From a virus (taxonomy: Duplodnaviria > Caudoviricetes), in the IMG/VR virus record IMGVR_UViG_3300037067_026422: DNA of 64,000 nt; one strand, 5' to 3'. The stretch's first letter is position 1, and each line of letters opens with the position of its first letter. Below the pieces are notes generated by a model. The model saw only the letters and a program-made list of their open reading frames with translations. It was not told the DNA's origin and made no database searches. The position numbers were made by a program, and so were the translations under genes. Shown piece after piece: positions 1 to 9,300 of the stretch.

Positions 1-3000
1 ATATGTCGTAATTGACGAGCTGATACCGGATCAATGTCCATAGGATAATTGAAATAGCCTTCAGCATCAATTCTATCCATTATCTTTGCATCCTTAAACA
101 GCGTATCAGCTATATTACTTGCTGTTTTATTCAGTACTGCATGAGCATCACTTTTAATATCCACCCCATCGACAAGCATACTCTTAACAGTAATATCTTT
201 ATAATAGTTATCCGCACTACTTAAGGTAGTACTGACAGGTTCTACTATCGCAGGATCAGAAGTTGCAGGATCAGAAGATGTTTCAACGACTGGTTCAGTT
301 TTATGAGCTACTTCAAAATTACCAGTACCTTCTTTTTTTATCTTTTCCTTATATTCTTCCCAATAGTTATGGTCAACATCAAAAGTATCACCATACTCAG
401 CATCCACATCAAAAGGAACTTCCCACTTGAGCTTGTCCGTAAGATCTCTCAGTTTCATAATCCGACATAGCTCCGGTATTACAAAATCAAGCTTATCTTC
501 TTTTACCTCAAAAAGAATTTCATCATGTATCGGGAGAAGAATCTTGATATCCTCCTGAAGATTGTTTTCACAGATCCATTTATAAACTCTCCATAAAGCA
601 ATCTTTATTACATCAGCCCCCGTATTTTTACTGATGATACCTGCTGAATCAAACCTGTGTAGATCAGAATGAACGGATAATGTAAAGGTATCTTCAGTTT
701 TATCTATAATAGTTTTCTTTTTTAATTTATAGTGATAGTATATCTCGGATGGAAGCTCACACCCATATTTCTTCATCATCAAGAGCATACCCGGCAAGGT
801 TACTTTTTTACCCGTATTAAGCTTACAAAAGTATGCACAATCATTAACATTCTTTCTGTCATATACTGAATAGAGTTTATTTTGAAATTCCTTTCTCAAA
901 AATTCCGGTAGGATCATCTTGTTAATAGTACTTCTTCTTTTCCACTCTGTAGAAGGTAATCCCAACACCTCCTCTACTTTTTTAAGATCTTGCCATTCAA
1001 GTTTATAGGTATCTTCAGAAACCTTCCTTACAATAGAAGGCAGCCCAATTGACCAGCCTATAAGTTGTGTATCTCTTAACAATGCTACAGAAACACCTCC
1101 ACTCGCGTAGGGAAAACTTATACTTATGTGATGATCGAGAATGAGCTCGGAAACACCCCCACTCGCGTAGGGAAAACTATTACAATCATCTGTATCAAAG
1201 TATCCCTTTATAAAAGCTGTCCTCATACTAATAGGAGATCTAAAAATCATTTCCGGTATACGCTTAGGTCTTGAGTCAGCAGGTTGATAACCTAATTCTA
1301 TAAATAGATCAACCAAACCTTTTGAATTTATCTCCGGAAGATATTTTTTTAATCTTTCATCTTCCAGATTTAATTTCAGGGACAATCTGGGGTTAGTTCT
1401 TATATCATCTCCTACTACATACCCCATCAAATAGGCTATAAAATCCCATTGCTCTTTAGAGTCTATGACAAAACTTTTTCCATTATGAACTGATGCCTTA
1501 TATTCATATCTTGGTGGATAGCTTCCAAATTCTTTAGCCAAAGGAATAGACACGCATATATCGGTATTTTCATCAAGGTCCTTAAAATGCCGAAATTCAT
1601 ACCCTTTTTCACCTACAACCAAAACTTCGTGTCGTGTATCACACCTTAAAAGCATACCATTAGATAGTTCTATTGTTGCTAATTGACACTTCCCCCTATT
1701 AAGAACATCAAAGCTAGCCCATGTGGTACCCGTCCATATTTTTAGATGCTCTCCTTTATCCTTAAACTCCTTAATAGTTCCTATTGATATATAACCATAC
1801 TTATCCGTTAAGCACCGCTCTTCCTTAACAAGGCAACCCTGTACGGCTGAATTTATTGCGCATCTATCTCCCTTCGCCTGTATCCCTTTATCAGGAGAAT
1901 TGTAGAATTCCCCAAGAGAACGTCGTCGACCAAACGCAGTCTTACTATACCCACGCTTCTTGGCAGCTTTCCATTCACGCTGGATCCAGCTACTCAAACC
2001 CTTATATTCCTTAAAGAAATTAATAATCATCTTTTTGGCTGTCTCATAGGGTATCTTTGCTTGTGCAGCAAATCCTCCTGCTCCTCCCCCATATAAAGTT
2101 AGGAAATTCAAGGTCTTACCGATCCCGCGTTCTCTCTTGGTAATCTCACTTTTACCCGTGATAATCTTACCTGTGATAGTATGCAGATCGCCTGTACCGT
2201 GAAGAAACTCATGCAACCATTTAGGCTCTTTAGAAACATTGGCAGCTACCCTCAATTCTTCTCCACTATAGTCTATGGACAACATCTTATATCCAGGGTG
2301 CGCTATCATTGCTTTACGGAGGTTAATAGAGTGCGGGTCTTCTTTATTATAGGTAGGGACATTCTGACAGTTGACACCACAGTAACCATCTATTTTCACA
2401 CCATAACCACCCGAACCGCTAAAACGACCCGTATCCGCCTGAACCTGATTTAGTTTGAATTTAACCTCATCATTTTCATCAGCATTGATTAACCAGTTGT
2501 GCAAATAGGTGCTTTGAACTTTGACATAACCACGATAGGTCAAAACCATATTCATTAGGGGATTTTTAGTCTCCACCATCTCAAGCACTTCACCATTAGT
2601 CTGATACCCCCCAGCTTTTGTCCTTTCAGCTTTTTTAGGATATGGTAATTTAAGCTCATCAAATAAGATCACCCCAAGCTGCTGTGCAGAGTTTATATCA
2701 AATTCATGCCCTACGATGGTATATATCTCTTTTAACAGCTTCTGCATCCTACGCTCTACTTCAATATTCACTTCCTCAAGATATCTCTTATCAATCCTTA
2801 CATAGTTTCTTTCCATTTCCATCGTAACGAACAAGCAACGCTTTTCAATCTTATATATCGCCCATGGACCATCCCTGCCCGTCGGATCCTGTTGGTCTAT
2901 TTTTTCCTTTAAATAAAAGTATAGTGCCAGCGTATTCATCCCATCACCACCACCATAATAAACAGCCTTCTGCGGTGGGATCATTTCAAAAGCCACGACA

Positions 3001-3578
3001 GACTTTTTACGCCCTTTCACACCCATATCATCAATTTCAAGCTGAGGTCGATTGAGGAGAGCCCCTGACAGATATTTTAAACCTTTCTCTCTCCTGGAAG
3101 CATCTTCTACTGCTGCCATGAGAAAAGTATCCTCATACATTTCTTCACGATCTATGAAGATGCCATGATTCCTTAAAATCTGACCATCATATTTGAAGTT
3201 GTGAAAAACTAATACACAGCTAGCCACAAGCCTGGCAGTTTCCCGAAGCATAAAACTTAATGAAACATTGTATTCCTGAGCATCCTCATGAGAGATAGGG
3301 ATATATACCCCTTCATCTGGATCATGAGCCATGCATATCCCCACGATCCGTATAACAGGCTTACCCTCGGAATCAAGTCTCGTATTGAGACCTGTAGTCT
3401 CAAAATCGTATGAGCATATCCCCTTTTTTATACAGAGATCAATAAAAGCTTCAATATCTGTCTGCTTTTTAAGCAGTATGAACTTCTTTGTTTTCATCCA
3501 TGGACGAAGCTCTATAAGCTCTTTGACACTACTTTCTGTAAAATCATCTAAAAGTTTTGAGGCTATATCAATGGACAT
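1..3578 (-). CDS. polA: Family A DNA polymerase (3'-5' exonuclease + polymerase), intein-containing, with C-terminal extension; 3' end outside window
   Basis: Manual translation from ATG at 3578 (GAGGT Shine-Dalgarno upstream) is open to the window edge. It shows ExoI YDFETTG, ExoII FHNFKYD, TGRFS, motif A IDYSGEELRVAA, motif B RGIGKTLNFLTLYG and motif C PIHDEILFE. Absent from the ORF track, consistent with having no stop codon in the window. Confidence 0.95.
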   Translation of the reverse strand, partial: MSIDIASKLLDDFTESSVKELIELRPWMKTKKFILLKKQTDIEAFIDLCIKKGICSYDFETTGLNTRLDSEGKPVIRIVGICMAHDPDEGVYIPISHEDAQEYNVSLSFMLRETARLVASCVLVFHNFKYDGQILRNHGIFIDREEMYEDTFLMAAVEDASRREKGLKYLSGALLNRPQLEIDDMGVKGRKKSVVAFEMIPPQKAVYYGGGDGMNTLALYFYLKEKIDQQDPTGRDGPWAIYKIEKRCLFVTMEMERNYVRIDKRYLEEVNIEVERRMQKLLKEIYTIVGHEFDINSAQQLGVILFDELKLPYPKKAERTKAGGYQTNGEVLEMVETKNPLMNMVLTYRGYVKVQSTYLHNWLINADENDEVKFKLNQVQADTGRFSGSGGYGVKIDGYCGVNCQNVPTYNKEDPHSINLRKAMIAHPGYKMLSIDYSGEELRVAANVSKEPKWLHEFLHGTGDLHTITGKIITGKSEITKRERGIGKTLNFLTLYGGGAGGFAAQAKIPYETAKKMIINFFKEYKGLSSWIQREWKAAKKRGYSKTAFGRRRSLGEFYNSPDKGIQAKGDRCAINSAVQGCLVKEERCLTDKYGYISIGTIKEFKDKGEHLKIWTGTTWASFDVLNRGKCQLATIELSNGMLLRCDTRHEVLVVGEKGYEFRHFKDLDENTDICVSIPLAKEFGSYPPRYEYKASVHNGKSFVIDSKEQWDFIAYLMGYVVGDDIRTNPRLSLKLNLEDERLKKYLPEINSKGLVDLFIELGYQPADSRPKRIPEMIFRSPISMRTAFIKGYFDTDDCNSFPYASGGVSELILDHHISISFPYASGGVSVALLRDTQLIGWSIGLPSIVRKVSEDTYKLEWQDLKKVEEVLGLPSTEWKRRSTINKMILPEFLRKEFQNKLYSVYDRKNVNDCAYFCKLNTGKKVTLPGMLLMMKKYGCELPSEIYYHYKLKKKTIIDKTEDTFTLSVHSDLHRFDSAGIISKNTGADVIKIALWRVYKWICENNLQEDIKILLPIHDEILFEVKEDKLDFVIPELCRIMKLRDLTDKLKWEVPFDVDAEYGDTFDVDHNYWEEYKEKIKKEGTGNFEVAHKTEPVVETSSDPATSDPAIVEPVSTTLSSADNYYKDITVKSMLVDGVDIKSDAHAVLNKTASNIADTLFKDAKIMDRIDAEGYFNYPMDIDPVSARQLRH
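624..1835 (-). mobile_element. Intein (404 aa) in DNA polymerase with degenerate LAGLIDADG homing endonuclease
   Basis: Interrupts the conserved AINSAVQG|TGAD motif. Starts CLVKEERCLT, has a block B-like LRCDTRHEV, and ends HRFDSAGIISKN followed by Thr+1. LAGLIDADG-like motifs FIAYLMGYVVGDD and FIKGYFDTDD. Confidence 0.92.
1090..1177 (-). CRISPR. Mini CRISPR unit (repeat-spacer-repeat), type I-E-like, inside intein coding sequence
   Basis: Two 28-nt direct repeats: GTTTTCCCTACGCGAGTGGGGGTGTTTC (1177-1150) and GTTTTCCCTACGCGAGTGGAGGTGTTTC (1117-1090), 27/28 identical. They flank a 32-nt spacer CGAGCTCATTCTCGATCATCACATAAGTATAA. Hairpin TCCCTAC-GCGA-GTGGGGG. Closely resembles the GTCTTCCCCACGC..GTGGGGGTGTTTC family of type I-E repeats. 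Confidence 0.85.
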
Positions 3579-4131
3579 GGCTACCTCTTATTTTCTCGAA
3601 AACTCTAAGCATACCATCCTTGAGCTTTACATATTGTACTTTAAATTTGTCATCTGGTATAACATACTTTAGCATCATATAGGCATAAACGAACTTAGCA
3701 TATACATTTAAATCAATATCATCCCTTGCTGCCAAGATAGCCATTCGTAATCTTTCAAGGGACATTTTTCGTTCATCTACTTTTGGTTCTACTCTTACCT
3801 GTAACTTCCGTACATGTTCTTCAGTAGCTTCAGGCAATTTAGAAAGATCCAAAGAATAATCCTTAACTATCCTGCTTATCGCCTCACCAAACCCGATACC
3901 CTCCTTCTTCCTCACATAGGAGATAGCATCCCACTTTTCCTTGCATACCCAACAATATGCTGTATCTGTAGCTTTATAGTATCGAGAGCTCTTTTTCCTA
4001 TCTGCACCATGAAAAGGACAAGAAAACTGCTCCTCTTCCTGAGAGTTGGTTATTCTACCATCCAGTCTAAGCATCTCCCCCAAGGAAACCTGCTCTTTTA
4101 TTAGACCTTTTACACTCTCGATATCTTTCAT
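3568..4131 (-). CDS. Stand-alone CHC2 (DnaG-type) zinc-finger protein, primase zinc-binding domain without TOPRIM
   Basis: CPFH-x17-CWVC, followed by WDAISYVRKKEGIGFGEAI, which matches the DnaG zinc-binding domain helices. Lies between helicase and polymerase. Confidence 0.85.
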   Translation of the reverse strand: MKDIESVKGLIKEQVSLGEMLRLDGRITNSQEEEQFSCPFHGADRKKSSRYYKATDTAYCWVCKEKWDAISYVRKKEGIGFGEAISRIVKDYSLDLSKLPEATEEHVRKLQVRVEPKVDERKMSLERLRMAILAARDDIDLNVYAKFVYAYMMLKYVIPDDKFKVQYVKLKDGMLRVFEKIRGSHVH

Positions 4132-5663
4132 ACTAACGAGCTCATATCTATAAGATTATCGTTATTCTCAATGGCATGAGAAAAGTTCCAAATGAATCCT
4201 GTTTCATAATCTATACAGGCATCAAAAGGTTTGAATAGCTTATTCCTTCTATTCTTAAGGCAACATAACTTTAAGCGATTGTTGTCACCCTCTTCATCAA
4301 ATTTATAAGTTGAAGCTACCAAATCAGCGCTACGTTCCACTTCATGGTTATTACTCAAAGCCGTAAGATCATACAACCCCTCATTTTTCTTAGCTTCACG
4401 ATACCCGTCACGATTAGCCTGGTGAGGAGATAGTATTCTCATCCCTTTACCATTATTAAAAGTGAGGCATAATCTCTTAAGACTCTTGACTACATTATTT
4501 GTAGTTTCATTGTGATCTCTGGAACGCTCCCCCTCATCCGCTCCCATAAGACTGATGTAATCTATGACCCCAAATTCCAGATCTCTACCCGACATTTGTA
4601 AGTCTTGCTGATACTGCCTGAACTTTAAATCTATCTCGGATAATGTCGTAATGGTCTTTTCAGGCTGCCATATAAAAAATCTACCATATCCAGAGCTTTC
4701 AGTAGAAGAATCAAAATCTTCACAAACTCTGAAAAAGTATTCCTTTTCATCTTTTGACAGTCTTCCATATCTGACATTGTTATAGGTGACTTTACCTACA
4801 AGATGAGCAAACTTAGGCCACAAGATTCTAAACTTTGGATTACAGGAGTGAAGTACATACATTTTATCACGCAGTTCACTGAATGTCATTTCAAGAGTGA
4901 CAAAAGCTGTATTCCAACCCCCATATAAAGCCCGATAAGCCATGTTCAGTGAAAAGGTAGTTTTACAATGTCCCGTAAAGGCTGTAATGATCATCAGCTC
5001 ACCTGATTTAAGCCCCCCTGTGGCATCATCAATCTCTTTAAGCCAGGTCTGGATCCCGATCGAATCCGTAGGACTCGATTCAGTCTTAGTGTACTTATCC
5101 CTAACTTCCTTAGAGTCCTCTTCACTTACTATCTGGCTCTCGGTTTTTATTCCTGTCAGATTCTGATGAATATTTCGAGTCTCTCGAGCAAAGTAGCTAA
5201 TTGAATCCGAAATCCCCTTAAGCTTTGTCTTATGCTTGCCTTTCTGTACCTCCATACCTATGGAAGCTATCTTCTGGGCATTATTGAGGACTTTCTCAAG
5301 TTCTAATACCTGTTGCTGCTCATTATAATCCTTGAGGATGGTCCTAAAATCCATACCTACATATGGCTGCTGAATTCGAATCTTATCCAGGATCACCAGA
5401 ACCGATTCACTACCCTCAATAGTTTGAAAATGATTTTTTACAAACTCATAAGATGGAACTGAAAATTCTTCAGCATCACACTTCTTTACATAATCAAAGA
5501 TAAAATAATAAAGACTTTTATAAGCTTTTTCTTCCGGGGGATACGGGATTATTTGCTGCAAAGCCCGGAAGTTCTTCATACAATCCTTTTGGGAGATTGT
5601 TTCTATCCCGGCTTCTGTTTTTATATAAATAATGGATCTGAATATAATGTCTATCTCAATCAT
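4128..5663 (-). CDS. DnaB-like (SF4) replicative helicase
   Basis: IDDATGGLKSGELMIITAFTGHCKTTF (H1), FVTLEM (H1a), VIDYISLM (H2), PHQANR (H3), ERSADLV and KNRR (H4). Confidence 0.9.
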   Translation of the reverse strand: MIEIDIIFRSIIYIKTEAGIETISQKDCMKNFRALQQIIPYPPEEKAYKSLYYFIFDYVKKCDAEEFSVPSYEFVKNHFQTIEGSESVLVILDKIRIQQPYVGMDFRTILKDYNEQQQVLELEKVLNNAQKIASIGMEVQKGKHKTKLKGISDSISYFARETRNIHQNLTGIKTESQIVSEEDSKEVRDKYTKTESSPTDSIGIQTWLKEIDDATGGLKSGELMIITAFTGHCKTTFSLNMAYRALYGGWNTAFVTLEMTFSELRDKMYVLHSCNPKFRILWPKFAHLVGKVTYNNVRYGRLSKDEKEYFFRVCEDFDSSTESSGYGRFFIWQPEKTITTLSEIDLKFRQYQQDLQMSGRDLEFGVIDYISLMGADEGERSRDHNETTNNVVKSLKRLCLTFNNGKGMRILSPHQANRDGYREAKKNEGLYDLTALSNNHEVERSADLVASTYKFDEEGDNNRLKLCCLKNRRNKLFKPFDACIDYETGFIWNFSHAIENNDNLIDMSSLV

Positions 5664-5674
5664 GGATTATCCTC

Positions 5675-6355
5675 TTATATATTTGCTAGGCTATCATTTA
5701 TTCCACTCTCAGTTTTTTTCATTCCTTCTTTTCTTGAAACATACCCCTTTAAATAGTCAAGATTATTCAAGCTTATCTTTTTGTATGAGTCAAAATAATA
5801 TTTCAAATCTGGACTATACTCCCGAGTAGCTTCTATTGTGGTAAAATCACGAACATATACCCATGTAGGCTTAGATAGCCTGTTACGATTTTTTATCACC
5901 TCAGCAACACAATCTTTAAGACTTGTATATCGAGCAGTAGTAGTAAGAAGCAAGGCCAGCATATCATACTGATTCAGGTGAGACGTAGTAAGCCAATCTC
6001 CCGTAGTATCCTTGGGTACATTATACTTTTCTACAATAGTACCCCCCTCAAGGATAATGTAATTTTTATACATAAATCCTTTTAGAAAATAGCACTTTAC
6101 AAGATAAAGAAAAATTTCTTCTGATCCATGAAAGATATAATCTTTATCTCCATAAAGATTGTGGACAGCTTCTGAATCTATTGGATTTGCATCCCCTACA
6201 GGGGATAACATCCCATATTTCTTGCCTATGCAGAAATTAATCTGACAGAAACATGGCTCAGTATATGGATATAATGCACGATGCCCGGATTCGACAACCT
6301 CTTTGAATCCGGTAGCAATATACCCAGTTCCATTACAGTACTTACAAGTTTCCAT
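5675..6355 (-). CDS. DnaC/DnaI-like helicase-loader homolog with N-terminal Zn finger and degenerate P-loop
   Basis: CKYCNGTG...PCFC N-terminus; YDMLALL at the Walker B position; VIKNRNRLSKPTWV resembles the loader 'i..R.....pTii' motif; directly upstream of the DnaB-like gene. Confidence 0.55.
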   Translation of the reverse strand: METCKYCNGTGYIATGFKEVVESGHRALYPYTEPCFCQINFCIGKKYGMLSPVGDANPIDSEAVHNLYGDKDYIFHGSEEIFLYLVKCYFLKGFMYKNYIILEGGTIVEKYNVPKDTTGDWLTTSHLNQYDMLALLLTTTARYTSLKDCVAEVIKNRNRLSKPTWVYVRDFTTIEATREYSPDLKYYFDSYKKISLNNLDYLKGYVSRKEGMKKTESGINDSLANI

Positions 6356-6367
6356 AAACTATCTGCT

Positions 6368-9300
6368 CTATTTGAAAACAGAACTATATAGGGCATCAAC
6401 CGTGCCCTCATCATCCTTAAACAGTATATTATCTTTAAAATCTATTGCACCCTCAGCTATATCACCTATGACATTACCTATAAGATCCTTTTTAGAATCC
6501 AGTATCTGAAGCACATGTTCATCTATGGTTTTTTTATTTATCATATGAAGCAGTAATATGTGCTCACGAACGCTACCTATGCGCTGGGCCCGCCCTATAG
6601 ACTGATAAAGGTCCCCATAAGACCATGGCGTGTCGTAATAGAGTATTACGCCAGCAGCTTGAAGATTGATCGCTGCTGATCCTGCCTGAGTAATAAAAAT
6701 AACCTTGCAATCCTGATTCATGTCCTGAAATAATTTCTTGGAGTTATTACGGGCTATCGAATCATCATCTCCCGTGATCCTGACATGCTTTATCTCAAGC
6801 TCATCAAGAGTGTGTGCAAGTCGTTTGATACCCGATTTGAATCTGGTAAACACTATCGTTTTCTCCTCCGATAGCTCTTGCTCAAAAAGTCTCCGAAACT
6901 CTGTTTCTTTTGAACTCTCTCCCTCTTCCCCCAACCACCCTGGACCATTAGAAACAAGCTGACAATAGGATAATGCAGCAATTTTATTTTTTAGAAGTCC
7001 GTCTTTTGTAAGGGATTCTTCATATCTAAGCTTAAGTAGCTCAAAAGTTTTACTCTCTTTTTCAGTCAACTCAGCCCTGCCACTACAATACTCTTCAAAC
7101 TTAAAGTACTTTTCTTTGATCAGTTTACGATAAAGCTCACCACTCAAAGCTTTCCTATATAATTGCTCCTGATCTTCAGACATTTCAAGTATAAGCTTTC
7201 TGGAGATAAGCTGTGGCAGTTCTGATGCAACATCACGAGTTTTACGCATCAAGAAGAAAGGGTCTATAAGATCCTTAAATTGTGCAAGATTCTTATATCC
7301 TACAGTTTTATTGAAATAACGCTTTCTTCCCTTTTGCCACAGAGTCATCTTCTTTCTTATAACGTATTCCCTATTAAATCCTATCTTTCCCGGGAATAAT
7401 CCTGGCACTATTACTTTATATATATTATAAGGTTCCTCAAGCCGGTTCTTTATAATCGTAGCAGACATCCCATAAACGAAGGTGGCTTTTGAGGATATTT
7501 CATTAGCTCCGAACCATGTCTTAGTTGTACTGTTTTTGATCTCCTGTACTTCATCAAAGGCAACCTGAAACAACGTACCACGATTTTCAGCCAAAAATAT
7601 ATAATCATCCTGCACGACATGATAGTTACAGATAAGAACATGGGCTTTTATATGATTATACTGCGCTTTCCGTGCTTCAATCCCACGAAGAGTCTTATAC
7701 TTCTTTCCAGACACTTTAAGCTCTTCGATAGAGCCATACTGATCTACGCCTTTTACCTTACCATATTGGTTGGTGAGGACGTGAACAGTAACTCCCTCAC
7801 AGAATCTCTCAAACTCCTCTTTCCACTGCTCCATAGCCGATTTTGCAGTCACTACAAGAAGTTTCAGATTTGGAGTAGACATAAGACGATAAGCATATGC
7901 AGTTATCATCTGAAGCGTATTATGATTAACGAAACCATTACCTATAAAATGATTCTCCACCGGGACATTAAAATCAGCAAAAACAGCTTTTACTGGTTCT
8001 ATAGATACTATTTTATCAAAATAAAAGTTTTGATCTTGAATAAACTTTAATGTTGAATAATTCGAGACTATTTCTTTTAGATTATATCTATCTATCTCTT
8101 GTATAAAAGAATCCAGCAATTCATAAGTCAGTCCTTTTTTCTTATAGATGACTTCTTCTAGCATTCTTTTTAAATGGTATCCAACCATACCTTTCCAACC
8201 AGACCCTTTAACTGAAAAACCTTTATGTTCTGGAAGAGTCTTTAAATGGGAGATTATATCATTTATTGCCTGTTTTACTAAAGGTTTCCCTATAGATATT
8301 ATATCCAGATTAGAGTTTCTTTTTTTATTTATTACTTGGCTAAGAAATTCATTTTTCCTATTCGATATAAACCCTATAGTCTTCTGAAATTCCACAGCAT
8401 CCCTACCGCAAAAATAAAGAAGAAAGTAAGGTCTCCGTTCATTTCCTACGCTTACCATTTTTTTCTTTAATCTTGATGTAACCCCAAAGTTTAATAACAA
8501 TAGTTGTGTTTGCTTTAGAAGTATCTGAGATTTTGAAGAGCAGCTAATTATGCCATTTGAAACCTCTACACTACCATTCCCCTCATAATATGCTCTTAAA
8601 AAAGCCCTAATAACAGATCTTGGGGAAGACAATATAGAATCTGGTACTTTTTGATCCCCAGACCTTGCCTCAAGGTTAATACCTAATAACTCAAAGATCT
8701 TTACTATCTCCAAGCTATTTATAGTTATTTCTTCGTTGTAATTTAAAGTATTTTCGGATTGAACATAACCAAAAATACTTGATAATAATTCCCGTATCTT
8801 TTTATGAATAGGAGGATCGAACTGAGTAATGACTATAGTATACTCACGTGAGCCGTGCCCCTCAGAGACATAGAAGCCTAGTAATTCCGCCAGATTCTCA
8901 TCAAGATATGATGGGATCTTATACCCTTTAGAACGAGTACTGTTTTTTTCATACGTGATATTAACGTACTTGTCCGAGAACAAACCACCTCTATAAATAC
9001 AGGCGTAATCCCCTACACTCAAAGTATCAAGTCGCTTATATTCAAAAGAGTCAACAGTGGGAACATAAAGGGGATGATGCCCCAATCCTATTAGTTCATA
9101 ACCTTTTTGAGTGGTTATTTTTAAGCCATCTTTTTCACCACAATAGTATATAGCCCCAGGTCTCTGAGGACCATTCATAGTTAAGATATCTAAAGCATGC
9201 AAAAAAGAATATAACTGATCTTCCTTAACATCAAGGGGTAACAAATCCTTAAGTTTTTTTAATCCATTAGTGGTCGGGATATAAGATTCTACATCGATGC

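Noticed and set aside
1118-1149. Spacer targeting the intein-free polA or SNF2 allele (direct RNA-guided homing)
   Set aside because: The spacer shows no similarity to GCCGTACAGGGT|ACGGGGGCTGAT or GGTTTGGGAAAG|ACGCTTCAGATG on either strand. By eye I found only an 11-nt chance match (GAGCTCATTCT near 57285) in the window; an exhaustive search was not possible.
1020-1250. Additional CRISPR repeats or a leader extending the array
   Set aside because: Sequence 60-61 nt on either side has no repeat similarity and encodes recognisable endonuclease residues.
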